A stretch of DNA of 53,647 bases, from NCBI GenBank assembly GCA_012518435.1, contig JAAYSG010000024.1:1-53647 (forward strand), in the 5' to 3' direction. Below the pieces are notes generated by a model, which had not been told where the DNA came from, did not search any database, and saw only the letters and a list, made by a program, of their open reading frames with translations. The DNA is from Bacillota bacterium (GTDB taxonomy: Bacteria; Bacillota; DTU030). A program made the position numbers and the translations under genes. This document shows positions 1 through 8,902 of this stretch, in pieces. Within the stretch, counting starts at the first letter, position 1, and every line of letters starts with the position of its first letter.

Positions 1-28
1 AGATGCCATGTTCCCGCCGCTACAAAAC

Positions 29-57
29 TTGACATCACTGGTAACGTATATTAGAAT
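29..57 (+). promoter_or_regulatory. SigA-type promoter for rplM-rpsI
   Basis: TTGACA at 29-34, a 17-nt spacer, then TAGAAT at 52-57, about 150 nt upstream of rplM. Confidence 0.55.
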
Positions 58-63
58 TACCCT

Positions 64-205
64 GTGGGTTTAGGCTGTTTTTCCCTTCTTCCAAGCCCCG
101 GACGGGGGGAAGAGCACTGCCCATATAACAGTGTTTTAGGTGTATCGGGCAAATGGGCTCTACAATATTTTGCTTCTGAGAAAGGGCAGACAAGTTTTCT
201 AGAGG
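64..205 (+). promoter_or_regulatory. Possible L13 (rplM) ribosomal-protein leader / structured 5' UTR
   Basis: A ~140-nt untranslated leader lies between the promoter and rplM. It contains the hairpin CTTCC-aag-CCCC-ggac-GGGG-g-GGAAG (about 88-118). L13 leaders are known in low-GC Gram-positives. No covariance-model check was possible. Confidence 0.3.
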
Positions 206-215
206 AGGTATGAAG

Positions 216-647
216 GTGCGGACAACTTACATGGCTAAGCCCCGGGAAATTGAACGCAAGTGGTATATCCTTGATGCGGCGGGAAAGTCCTTGGGCAGGT
301 TGGCCACTGAAGCAGCACGAATTTTGCGTGGCAAGCATAAGCCTATTTTTACTCCCCATATAGATACAGGTGATCATGTCATTGTCATAAATGCAGGAAA
401 GGTTGTACTGACGGGACAAAAGCTGCAACAGAAGGAGTACATCCGCCATTCGGGCTATGTGGGGGGGCTCAAAAGGGTTAAGTACGAGAAAATAATGGCG
501 GAAAGGCCGGACTGGGCTGTGGAAAAGGCCATTAAGGGTATGTTACCCCACAATCGCTTGGGACGTGCCATGGCGAAAAAGCTACGGGTTTATGAGGGTT
601 CGGAACACAAACACCAGGCCCAAAACCCGGAAGTCTGGAACTTCTAG
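216..647 (+). CDS. rplM: 50S ribosomal protein L13
   Basis: The translation ([21 protein letters not shown]...[22 protein letters not shown]) is a typical L13. The GTG at 216 lies 7 nt after GAGGAGG (202-208) and gives the canonical MRTT N-terminus. The track's ATG at 210 is only 1 nt after the SD. Confidence 0.97.
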   Translation: MRTTYMAKPREIERKWYILDAAGKSLGRLATEAARILRGKHKPIFTPHIDTGDHVIVINAGKVVLTGQKLQQKEYIRHSGYVGGLKRVKYEKIMAERPDWAVEKAIKGMLPHNRLGRAMAKKLRVYEGSEHKHQAQNPEVWNF

Positions 648-666
648 AGGAAAGGAGGCAGTTTAG

Positions 667-1059
667 ATGGCCCAGATGCAGTATATTGGTACGGGACGGA
701 GAAAGACCTCAGTGGCCCGGGTAAGGCTAGTCGCCGGCAGCGGAAATATCCTGATCAATGGCCAGCCCTTGGAAGATTATTTCCCCACTCCGGTGCAACG
801 GACAATTGTTACCCAGCCCTTGGAGGTTACCAAGACTACTAATAAGTTTGATGTCCTGGTAAGGGTAGCCGGGGGCGGCATGTCCGGTCAGGCTGGTGCT
901 GTACGGCACGGTATTGCCCGAGCCTTGCTAAAGGCCGATGGGACCTTGCGTAGCGAACTACGTAAATATGGTTACTTAACTCGGGATCCCCGGATGAAGG
1001 AAAGAAAGAAATACGGTCTGAAAAAAGCCCGGCGGGCTCCCCAGTTTTCCAAGAGATAG
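667..1059 (+). CDS. rpsI: 30S ribosomal protein S9
   Basis: The translation ends in the canonical ...[12 protein letters not shown] and contains [20 protein letters not shown] lies upstream, and the gene directly follows rplM. Confidence 0.97.
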   Translation: MAQMQYIGTGRRKTSVARVRLVAGSGNILINGQPLEDYFPTPVQRTIVTQPLEVTKTTNKFDVLVRVAGGGMSGQAGAVRHGIARALLKADGTLRSELRKYGYLTRDPRMKERKKYGLKKARRAPQFSKR

Positions 1060-1067
1060 ATATTATG

Positions 1068-1100
1068 AACACCAAGTTTATACGGCTTGGTGTTTATTGC
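1068..1100 (+). terminator. Rho-independent terminator of rplM-rpsI
   Basis: A perfect 9-bp stem (AACACCAAG / CTTGGTGTT) is followed by a T-rich tract, 9 nt after the rpsI stop. Confidence 0.7.
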
Positions 1101-1282
1101 TATTTGTTGACAAAGGAGGTAAGGTATGGGGGAATGGACCTTATGCATGTTATAAAATACCAGGGGTATAAAATTAAGCTCTAACTCTATCTTGGGGGGA
1201 TAGGCCCATTATATCCGGTAAAATTGGCTAGAATTATGATAGGGGATAATGCCAGCGGTGGACCCAAGGAGGCAATGCTAAA

Positions 1283-1873
1283 TTGACTAATAGGGAACCC
1301 GTTATTTTATTAGAGGATATTGGTCTTGAATCCTGCCAGCAATGTGAACTCCACAAACACGGTTCCCGGGTTATCTGGGGCGAGGGTAATCCCTCTGCTC
1401 CGGTTTTCGTTATCCTTGATAATCCAGGTGCCAGGGAAGATAAGGAGGGTACGCCCTTTTTGTGTGGCACCAGGGAAACACTGCAGCGGGGGGCCTATGA
1501 GGCGGGGCTTGATTCGGAGTCCCTCTATGTTACATATATTCTCAAGTGCCGGCCTAGACGGGCCTATGACAAACCATCTGCAAGGGCCACTTGTATAAGC
1601 TATTTGTGGGGACAGTTGGAGGCTGTGCAGCCGGATATTATCATGTGTTTGGGAAATGTGGCCTGTCAAGCATTTTTCCAGGATCCCACCATTGAGGTGA
1701 AAAATATAAGGGAAAGGATCCATTATGTTGCGGATTATATGACGGTGGCCTCCTACCATCCCCTGGCGGTCCGAAGGCGGCCGGTACTGTATAGGGCCTT
1801 TTTGCAGGACTGGAAATTACTGGTTGACCAGCTGGAGCTTATAGGGCCCCGGCCACCTGGGCAGAGCCATTAA
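1283..1873 (+). CDS. Uracil-DNA glycosylase, family 4-like (Fe-S type)
   Basis: The motif CQQCELHKHGSRVIWGEGNPSAPVFVILDNPGAREDKEG matches the family-4 pattern C-x2-C...G-x-G...PG-x-x-ED. TTG start lies 10 nt after AAGGAGG. Motif A reads LDNPG, not the GE(A/G)PG I remember for the family. Confidence 0.75.
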   Translation: MTNREPVILLEDIGLESCQQCELHKHGSRVIWGEGNPSAPVFVILDNPGAREDKEGTPFLCGTRETLQRGAYEAGLDSESLYVTYILKCRPRRAYDKPSARATCISYLWGQLEAVQPDIIMCLGNVACQAFFQDPTIEVKNIRERIHYVADYMTVASYHPLAVRRRPVLYRAFLQDWKLLVDQLELIGPRPPGQSH

Positions 1874-1952
1874 TGATGGGGAACCCCCCGGTGTTAGGGC
1901 ATTGGAGGTACGAAAAAATATCGGGAAAATAAAAAAATGGGGGTGATGGTAT

Positions 1953-3254
1953 ATGGCGGCTTTGGACATGTCCTTTGTTGCCACGGGAGATAGCTTTATA
2001 ACCTGCCGTCTTCCCAGTCCCAAGGGTGATGGTTTCCATGGGGTGCACGCTATCATAAGGCAAGCAGATGTGCGTTTTACCAACTTGGAAGTAACGGTTC
2101 ATGATTTTGAAGGGCCCCCCTTTGCCTTTAGTGGTGGTACCTGGTCCATAGCCCCACCCGCTGTTTTGCAAGATATTGCAGCCTATGGCTTCAATTTGCT
2201 GAACATCGCCAATAATCATACCCTGGATTATTCCTACGGCGGGTTAGAAGCAACGGAAAGGTACCTAAAGGAGTATGATTTTGTTTATGCCGGAGCGGGT
2301 GCCAACATGGCCCGGGCCAGTGAGCCTAGGTATTTGAGTACCCCGGCGGGGAGGGTGGCATTAATTGCGGCAACATCTACATACTATGAAGCCTGGATAG
2401 CCGGTGAACAAAGGAATGATATTGCCGGAAGGCCAGGGGTGAACCCTTTAAGACACTCTGCCCTTCATATGATAACCGCCAAGCAGATGAAACATTTGCG
2501 GGAAATTGCCCGGGACACTGATATAAATGCCATGAATAATCTCAACTACCGGGAGGGCTTTGCTGTTCCTCCTCCAGCCCATCAGTTTCAATTTGGCAAA
2601 CACTTGTTTGCGGTGGGCGATAATGTGGGTAAGGTAACAAAACCCCATCCCAAAGATATGCAGAGGATTATTGCTGCTATTTCCCAGGCTCGGCGGCAGG
2701 CTGCTGAGGTTTTGGTCAGCATTCATTCCCATGAATTTAAGGGGGAGGACAAGAGCCAACCAGCGGATTTCCTAGTGGAATTTGCCCGGGAATGTATTGA
2801 TGCCGGTGCCAGTGCTGTTTTGGGCCATGGCCCTCATATCCTGCGGGCTGTGGAAATATATAGGGGGCGGCCGATATTTTATAGCCTGGGTAATTTTATC
2901 TTCCAGACGGATTTAGTATCCCATCTACCGGCGGATTTTTATGATAAGTATGACCTGGGCCCCCTCGCCAACACTGCAGATGCCTTTGATGCCCGGAGTA
3001 AAAATAATAGCATTGGCTTGGGTGTTAATCCCCATGTATGGGAATCTGTTTTAGCAAGTTGGAAAATGAAAGATGGGAAATTGGCGGAACTCTATTTCCA
3101 TCCAATTTCCCTGGGCTTCGGCCTTCCCAGACACCGGCGGGGATGGCCCGAATTAAGCAATGATACAGGGGTGTTGCAGCGTTTGGCACAATTAAGTGAA
3201 CCCTTTGGCACGGAAATTAAAATTGAGGCTAATGTGGGGAAGGTTGCCCTTTAA
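1953..3254 (+). CDS. CapA-family (PGA_cap, metallophosphatase-like) protein
   Basis: NIANNHTLDYSYGGLEATERYL and a later HSHEF...GHGPH...LGNFIF pattern are typical of CapA/poly-gamma-glutamate capsule-type proteins. No obvious signal peptide. Confidence 0.75.
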   Translation: MAALDMSFVATGDSFITCRLPSPKGDGFHGVHAIIRQADVRFTNLEVTVHDFEGPPFAFSGGTWSIAPPAVLQDIAAYGFNLLNIANNHTLDYSYGGLEATERYLKEYDFVYAGAGANMARASEPRYLSTPAGRVALIAATSTYYEAWIAGEQRNDIAGRPGVNPLRHSALHMITAKQMKHLREIARDTDINAMNNLNYREGFAVPPPAHQFQFGKHLFAVGDNVGKVTKPHPKDMQRIIAAISQARRQAAEVLVSIHSHEFKGEDKSQPADFLVEFARECIDAGASAVLGHGPHILRAVEIYRGRPIFYSLGNFIFQTDLVSHLPADFYDKYDLGPLANTADAFDARSKNNSIGLGVNPHVWESVLASWKMKDGKLAELYFHPISLGFGLPRHRRGWPELSNDTGVLQRLAQLSEPFGTEIKIEANVGKVAL

Positions 3255-3325
3255 TAACCCTGCCGGCCCTCCGCCGGGGGGGGGAGAAGGGTTTGGGCAA
3301 AGGGATGGGAATAGGAGGATTAACT

Positions 3326-3353
3326 AAAGGGCAGGCCTTGGGGCCTGCCCTTT
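3326..3353. terminator. Bidirectional terminator between convergent genes
   Basis: Perfect 12-bp inverted repeat AAAGGGCAGGCC-ttgg-GGCCTGCCCTTT, with the A/T tracts forming the outer pairs of the stem. It lies between the CapA gene (+) and the pyrC-like gene (-). Confidence 0.7.
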
Positions 3354-3382
3354 GGGGCGGGGAAAAGGCGGCAGTGGGGTCT

Positions 3383-4681
3383 TTAGTCTTTACAAGCCGC
3401 GACAATCTTGCCCTTTTCAAATACTAGGTTGCCGCCCACAATGGTGGCAACCACCTTCCCAGTCAATTGCCGTCCACCAAAGGGAGTATTTCTACTCTTG
3501 GAGAAAAATTTTTCCGGCTGGACTTCCCACTGGGCGGAGGGATCAAATATGGTAATGTCAGCATCTGCGCCAACGGCGAGGGTACCTTTATCTAAGCCCA
3601 TGATAGCTGCGGGTATCGAGGTAAGCTTGGCCAGGGCCTGGAGGGGTGTTAAGATTCCCGGCAGGACAAGTTCTGTCCATGTAAGACCAAGGGCCGTTTC
3701 CAAGCCGATTATGCCACAGGGGGCCTCTATCAGGCCGGTAGCCTTTTCTTCCGGGGTATGGGGGGCATGGTCAGTGGCAATAACATCCAGGGTCCCATCG
3801 GCTAATCCTTGGCAAACCGCGGCCACATGGGCCCTGGTTCTGAGGGGTGGATTCATTTTGGCATTGGCACCTTGGGTCAACAATGCCTCATCCGTGAGGG
3901 AGAAATGATGGGGGGTGGCCTCGGCAGTAACCTTAATTCCTTGGGCCTTGGCCGCCCTAATCATGGCGATGGACGTGGCGGAACTGACATGTTGAATATG
4001 CACGTGTTGTCCGGTTTGTTTTGCCAGTAAAATATCCCTGGCCACGTGGATATCTTCGGCTATGGTCGGCATGCCGCGTATGCCCAGGCCTTCGGCAACT
4101 TTGCCTTCATTTATTATGGTGTCACCCACCAGGGAAAGTTGTCCACAATGGGTGATGGCCGGAAGACCAAGTGCGCCGGCCTTTTCCATGGCCTGGCGCA
4201 TTAGGGCCGAGTCTTCTACCGGATTACCATCATCGGAATAGCCGACGACACCGGCTTCTTTGAGGGCAGCGAAGTCAGTGAGTTCTTGACCTGCCAAATC
4301 ACGGGTGACACTACCAACTGTATAGAGGTTTATTATGGCTTTACTGGCTGCACGGGCGTAAAATTCCTCCACAAGCTTGGGCGAATGGATGGCCGGCTTT
4401 GTGTTGGCCAAACAAACTGCACTGGTGAAACCGCCCGCGGCCGCGGCCCGGCTTCCGGAGGCCAGGTCCTCTTTATGGGTAAAGCCGGGATCACGAAAAT
4501 GAACATGGATATCAACAAAGCCGGGGGAAACAATGCAGTTGGCCGCAGAAATGACCTTTTCAGCAGCCTGAACGGGTAGGTTGGCACCAATGGCAGCAAT
4601 TTTACCGTCTCGGATCCGAATATCCAGCTTCCCTTGCCTACCACTTCCGGGATCCATTACTAGACCATTTTGGATTAACAT
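3383..4681 (-). CDS. pyrC: Cyclic amidohydrolase, dihydroorotase (PyrC type I)-like
   Basis: PyrC hallmarks: SPGFVDIHVHFRDPGFTHKEDLASGSRAAAAGGFT, MNPPLR and IATDHAPH. Start moved to M40 (MLIQNGLV..., ATG at 4681), which is preceded by GGAGGAAGAGGGAA. The longer track ORF would overlap the upstream gene. Confidence 0.85.
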   Translation of the reverse strand: MLIQNGLVMDPGSGRQGKLDIRIRDGKIAAIGANLPVQAAEKVISAANCIVSPGFVDIHVHFRDPGFTHKEDLASGSRAAAAGGFTSAVCLANTKPAIHSPKLVEEFYARAASKAIINLYTVGSVTRDLAGQELTDFAALKEAGVVGYSDDGNPVEDSALMRQAMEKAGALGLPAITHCGQLSLVGDTIINEGKVAEGLGIRGMPTIAEDIHVARDILLAKQTGQHVHIQHVSSATSIAMIRAAKAQGIKVTAEATPHHFSLTDEALLTQGANAKMNPPLRTRAHVAAVCQGLADGTLDVIATDHAPHTPEEKATGLIEAPCGIIGLETALGLTWTELVLPGILTPLQALAKLTSIPAAIMGLDKGTLAVGADADITIFDPSAQWEVQPEKFFSKSRNTPFGGRQLTGKVVATIVGGNLVFEKGKIVAACKD

Positions 4682-4700
4682 TTCCCTCTTCCTCCTTAAT

Positions 4701-5933
4701 TCATTTAGCCAGATCCAATATGGTGTGTAGTAACACCTCAGCCCCCAAAACAATGTCCTCCACCGTTGCTTCTTCCCGGGGATTATGACTGATACCATCC
4801 TTACAGGGGATAAAAATAAGCCCAGTGGGTGTGATTTTAGCCATATTCATGGCATCGTGGCCAGCGCCGCTGGGCATTAACCTATAGGGAAGGGATAACT
4901 TTTGACATGCTGCTTCAATGCTGGCAATTACCGTAGAATCAAGTTGAACCGGTTTGTCCGCCGACAGTTGTTGGGTTTTGGCGCTGACATGGCGCTGCTG
5001 GCAGATTTTTTGCAATTTATCATCAATTCCCGCCACCACCCTTTGGATGCTGGCAAAATCAATGCCCCGGACGTCCACACCCAGGCTAACCTGGCCGGGA
5101 ATAACATTCATGGCCCCGGGTTTTAGGGAGAGCATCCCCACAGTGGCTACACTTTTATGGACTGCCTCCCGCCTTCCATACTCCTCGACGGCTAAAATCA
5201 ACTCGGCAGCGGCGGTGAGGGCATCCCGCCTTAAGGCCATGGGGGTGGCGCCGGAATGGTCGGCCCTTCCTTCAATTGTAATTTGCCGCCGGGTGGGGGC
5301 GGCAATGGCGGTTACTACCCCAATTTTGGCCGCTTCTTCCTCCAGGACTCGCCCCTGTTCTATGTGTACTTCCAAAAAAGCCTTTAATTCCCCCGGCTGG
5401 CGAATGGCCGATTCTATTTCCGCCAGGTTGGCTCCACTCTCCTTTGCCGCATCCCTTAGGGTAATACCAGCTGCATCCCGTAGCTGAAGATATTGTTCTA
5501 TATTGGCCGAACCGGACATGACCTTGCTCCCCAGGGTGGCAACTCCAAACCGGCTTGATTCCTCGCCAACAAAGACAATTACTTCCAGGGGGTGCCGGGT
5601 AAGTGAGCCCATTTTCCGAATGGCCCTCATCGCCGCCAGGGCCGCAACTACGCCAACTACGCCGTCAAATTTTCCCCCCTGGGGTACGGAATCCAAGTGC
5701 GATCCGGTGGCTACCGCAGGGAGGGAATCATCTTGTCCCGGCCAACGGGCTATGAGGTTGCCCAAGGCATCCTTACGGATTTTTCCGCCAAGTTGGGCTA
5801 ACCAGCGGGCCACCAGACGGTGCAATTCAGCTTCCACGGAGCTAAAGGCCAGGCGAGTAACACCGCCCCCCGGCAGAGCACCAATGGGAGACAGGGCCTC
5901 CAAATCTTGGATTATAGGCTTCTTTTCAATCAC
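4701..5933 (-). CDS. M20-family N-carbamoyl-L-amino-acid / allantoate-type amidohydrolase (AmaB/HyuC/AllC family)
   Basis: GGVTRLAFS...GNLIARWPG...ATGSHLDSVPQGGKFDGVVGVV is typical of the family. The probable start is the GTG at 5933, preceded by GAAAGGAGGGGG. The track's TTG at 5996 has no SD. Confidence 0.85.
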   Translation of the reverse strand: MIEKKPIIQDLEALSPIGALPGGGVTRLAFSSVEAELHRLVARWLAQLGGKIRKDALGNLIARWPGQDDSLPAVATGSHLDSVPQGGKFDGVVGVVAALAAMRAIRKMGSLTRHPLEVIVFVGEESSRFGVATLGSKVMSGSANIEQYLQLRDAAGITLRDAAKESGANLAEIESAIRQPGELKAFLEVHIEQGRVLEEEAAKIGVVTAIAAPTRRQITIEGRADHSGATPMALRRDALTAAAELILAVEEYGRREAVHKSVATVGMLSLKPGAMNVIPGQVSLGVDVRGIDFASIQRVVAGIDDKLQKICQQRHVSAKTQQLSADKPVQLDSTVIASIEAACQKLSLPYRLMPSGAGHDAMNMAKITPTGLIFIPCKDGISHNPREEATVEDIVLGAEVLLHTILDLAK

Positions 5934-6087
5934 TTGCTCAATCCCCCTCCTTTCAGGTATTTCCCTATCTTCTGGTAAGGCTAATAAGTACTTCAACTTG
6001 GGGGGAAAGGATACATTTGTTTAGTTAGACAAAAACCGGCCATAATCATTGGTATATTCAACAGGAAGTCCGGCCACTTTGTTTATG

Positions 6088-7740
6088 TTATTCTTGGTCC
6101 AGCTTGGCAAAGGGATATAAACCGGCAATCTTCAGGGCCAGGTATATTTGGAAGCGGTGTTCCGTGGAGGTGAGATCGCGGGATAGGAGGTTGGCGGCCT
6201 TTTCCAGGCGGTAGCGTACGGTGTTGGGGTGGATAAAAAGGGCTTTGGCTGTATCGTTAATATCTTCATTGCAGGAAAAGTAAGTGGTTAAGGTTTCGAT
6301 AAAGTTTGCCCTTTGCTTTTTATCGTAATCCCGTAGGGGGCCTAAAATCTCATCCCGCAAGGAGATAAGCTCCTTTGTATCGGGGTGGGAACATAAAAGG
6401 CGGAAAACCCCCAATTTGTCGTAGCTGTATACCCGGCCGGGGCCATGGGCTTGGCGACCAAGGGTAATGGCCTTTGTGGCCTGGCTAAAACCCAGGCCGA
6501 TATTTTCCACACCTGTTTGGGGAAGTCCGATGCCGCCGGTAAAGTGCAGGGTGGGAAAGGCCCATTTTAGGTGGAGAAGGATATTTTGGGCTAATTTATG
6601 GGCCTGGAAGGCAATTTGTTCGCCAGATTGTTCCGGTGACCAGGTGGTTATGATGACCAGACTGTTGTTGCGCAGCCCTAGAATAAAGGGTATTTTTTTA
6701 TCGCGAAGCTGGTGGCTTAAATCCCGCTGTAGTTGCCCCTTGAGAAGCTGCATTTTTTCCTCGCTGATCTTTCTTTTCCCGACCCCTATGGTGAAGACGA
6801 TGGACAAGGAGGGCTGGGATAGGTCGAGACCCAGGTAGCGGCCCCGCTCCATCATGGCCTTCTCCGATTTGAAGTCTTGGGCTATCAGTTCTTCCACAAA
6901 GCTATTTATCTGTTGGCGCTCCAATACAGTCCGGTTATAGAGGCTTATTATTTCCATGCCCAAGAGGGGGATGGTATGATCTAGGATGGCCTGACCGGTG
7001 GGTGATAAACCTTGCTCCCTTTCAAAGTGTTCCATGGTTAAGAAGGCGTGGGTGGAAGTGTGGGCCATGATGGGGATTACCAGGCAGGGAATTTTTTCGC
7101 CCCGGCGGGTGCGCAGATGGAAAAAGGGTTGGTAGGTATTGCTGAGCCTTGAGATGGTTTCCTGGGACAGGGGGTCAAAGGGAGGGGCATCCTTGTTTGT
7201 GGTTAAAACTAGACCTGAGCCGGGACATTCCAGGGTAAGATCATGTTTTAGCAGGTGCTGCAATGTTGTTAGGGCGGCCTCCAGTCCTTGATCATTTAGA
7301 ATTACCTCCTGTAGCCAGCGGAAGGCCATGTCGGCTTGGCGCAGGACCCCGGCGGTATGGTCCAGCAGACACTCCATGAGGGGGTTGATAATATCGATGT
7401 AGGCAATGTCCCTGGGAAAGCCCAGTAAGGGGAAGGACAGCCTGTTGGCGGCATCGATCATCCCGGCGGGGAGGGTTTTTACATAACGGTCGGATTTTAT
7501 AGCTAGGGCGGCACAATCGAAGCGGGCCATATCTTCCACTAATTTAACCTGGGCTTGGGGGTTATCTTTAATGCAAAAGAGGCTGGTTATGACAAAATCG
7601 TTACCCTTTAACCACTGTAAAAGATCCGGGACCTCCATGATGGTGATATTCTTAATGAGACGGTCTAGGCCATCGTGTCCCGCCACTACCCTAGACCGGG
7701 TTAAAGGGGCTATGGTAAGGGCCTTTTTCACATCAAGCAT
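6088..7740 (-). CDS. PucR-family transcriptional regulator
   Basis: It has an N-terminal purine-catabolism-regulator-like domain and a C-terminal PucR HTH (AKALFIHPNTVRYRLEKA). It is divergent from the DUF2877-fdrA operon. Confidence 0.85.
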   Translation of the reverse strand: MLDVKKALTIAPLTRSRVVAGHDGLDRLIKNITIMEVPDLLQWLKGNDFVITSLFCIKDNPQAQVKLVEDMARFDCAALAIKSDRYVKTLPAGMIDAANRLSFPLLGFPRDIAYIDIINPLMECLLDHTAGVLRQADMAFRWLQEVILNDQGLEAALTTLQHLLKHDLTLECPGSGLVLTTNKDAPPFDPLSQETISRLSNTYQPFFHLRTRRGEKIPCLVIPIMAHTSTHAFLTMEHFEREQGLSPTGQAILDHTIPLLGMEIISLYNRTVLERQQINSFVEELIAQDFKSEKAMMERGRYLGLDLSQPSLSIVFTIGVGKRKISEEKMQLLKGQLQRDLSHQLRDKKIPFILGLRNNSLVIITTWSPEQSGEQIAFQAHKLAQNILLHLKWAFPTLHFTGGIGLPQTGVENIGLGFSQATKAITLGRQAHGPGRVYSYDKLGVFRLLCSHPDTKELISLRDEILGPLRDYDKKQRANFIETLTTYFSCNEDINDTAKALFIHPNTVRYRLEKAANLLSRDLTSTEHRFQIYLALKIAGLYPFAKLDQE

Positions 7741-7893
7741 TTTTATTCCTCCTCAGTGTTCCCGGGGGAAGGGGGTATTACTGTAATTGTACCCCATTAA
7801 TAATAATTTTGCAGGGGTCTTTGGGGGATTGTTTTTCCCAAGGGTCAATGGGGATTTTGCGGGGGCAAAATGGGAGGGGAAGGTCCATTGCTT

Positions 7894-7908
7894 TGGGCAA
7901 GTTGCCCA
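7894..7908. promoter_or_regulatory. Candidate operator palindrome in the divergent promoter region
   Basis: A perfect 15-bp palindrome, TGGGCAA-G-TTGCCCA, lies between the PucR gene (-) and the DUF2877 gene (+). Its left half plus flank (CTTTGGGCAAG) recurs at 18607-18617, upstream of the TRAP operon. Confidence 0.3.
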
Positions 7909-7993
7909 TTGGCCCGGCAAACTTTAGGTGCAGTAGTGCTAATGACCATCAAGGGCTGGGGATTTAAAATTTATATAGGAGGGATGACAGTCC

Positions 7994-8902
7994 ATGGATG
8001 CGGAAATTATTTCCTTTGGTTCGGGAATCGCCCGGGTGCTATCCCAGCCCGGCCTTAGGGGTAGGGTACACTCGGTATTTAAACACACGGTTAACCTAAA
8101 GATTGCAGATCGTCTGCTATCCCTCCAGCATTCAGTACTACCCAAAACCCCCTCTATGTTGTTAGTGGAGCCGGGGTTTGTTTTGGGAGATTTTCGCCTT
8201 GCTGTTGGTGACCGGGTTATGGTCAAGGAGGATAATATCGTCATCAAAGGCCATGGGTTCAAATTGGCTACTGCTCGCCGCTGGGAAGGGCAGTTGCCGG
8301 TTTATTTCACCGGGGAAGAAGAGGTAAATTTTCTTGGCAGGGAAGTGGCTAGGGCCCTGACCCTGCTTGATTTACCCCAGTTGGATTTTGGGCTCCCCGG
8401 TCATAGTGGCCAAGCAGTACCATGGCTGGAGGATCTGGTGGTGGCTGGGAATGGGGCGGGGGATGCGGCAATGATTTCGGCCCTGACCTCCCTAATTGGC
8501 TTGGGGCCAGGTTTGACACCCTCGGGGGATGATTTTTTACTTGGTTTTCTCAGCGTACTGTCCCTATTGGAAAAAGGGAACCGGCCCCGAAGTGCTTTTG
8601 CCACTGCCCTTCGCCGGAGGATAAGGGAAGGTATCCAAGATACCAGCCCCCTGAGCCGGGAATTTTTATTTTGTGCCTGTGGGGGAGAATATAGTGAACC
8701 CTTTCATGAATTATACAAGGCGGCTGGCCGCCGGGATGTGATGGGTCTTGTGCAGGCTGTCCTTTGCTTTACGCAAATAGGGCATACATCTGGGACTGCT
8801 GCCCTGGCGGGGCTCTTATACGGACTTGATTTTTGTGCGAAAGATACGGGGAGGTCTGGCGAAAATGATTATCCGCAATGTGGTGAGGAAGAACTTTTAT
8901 AA
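7994..8902 (+). CDS. DUF2877 protein (E. coli YlbF/AllH-like)
   Basis: LIGLGPGLTPSGDDFLLGFL matches the DUF2877 signature as I remember it. It sits directly upstream of fdrA, as in the fdrA-ylbE-ylbF gene set. GGAGGGA SD. Confidence 0.7.
   Translation: MDAEIISFGSGIARVLSQPGLRGRVHSVFKHTVNLKIADRLLSLQHSVLPKTPSMLLVEPGFVLGDFRLAVGDRVMVKEDNIVIKGHGFKLATARRWEGQLPVYFTGEEEVNFLGREVARALTLLDLPQLDFGLPGHSGQAVPWLEDLVVAGNGAGDAAMISALTSLIGLGPGLTPSGDDFLLGFLSVLSLLEKGNRPRSAFATALRRRIREGIQDTSPLSREFLFCACGGEYSEPFHELYKAAGRRDVMGLVQAVLCFTQIGHTSGTAALAGLLYGLDFCAKDTGRSGENDYPQCGEEELL

Noticed and set aside
3408-3908. A 166-aa plus-strand ORF and several similar ORFs (3809-4030, 4286-4579, 4954-5487, 5503-6024) opposite the pyrC-like and M20 genes.
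   Set aside because: They are antisense shadows of confidently identified minus-strand genes. Their Arg/Pro/Ala-rich translations are typical of the reverse frame of coding sequence.
3383-4681. Reading the cyclic amidohydrolase as allantoinase. With the M20 enzyme as AllC, the island would then be a plain E. coli-type anaerobic allantoin pathway.
   Set aside because: The motifs match dihydroorotase (HVHFRDPG...KED, MNPPLR, ATDHAPH). They do not match allantoinase as I remember PucH/AllB (HTHISEPGR..WEG, SPPIR, SDHSPC). No ureidoglycine aminohydrolase or ureidoglycolate dehydrogenase is present. The island also contains PyrK/PyrD-like and ring-opening amidohydrolase genes, which the allantoin route does not need. 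The possibility is not fully excluded.
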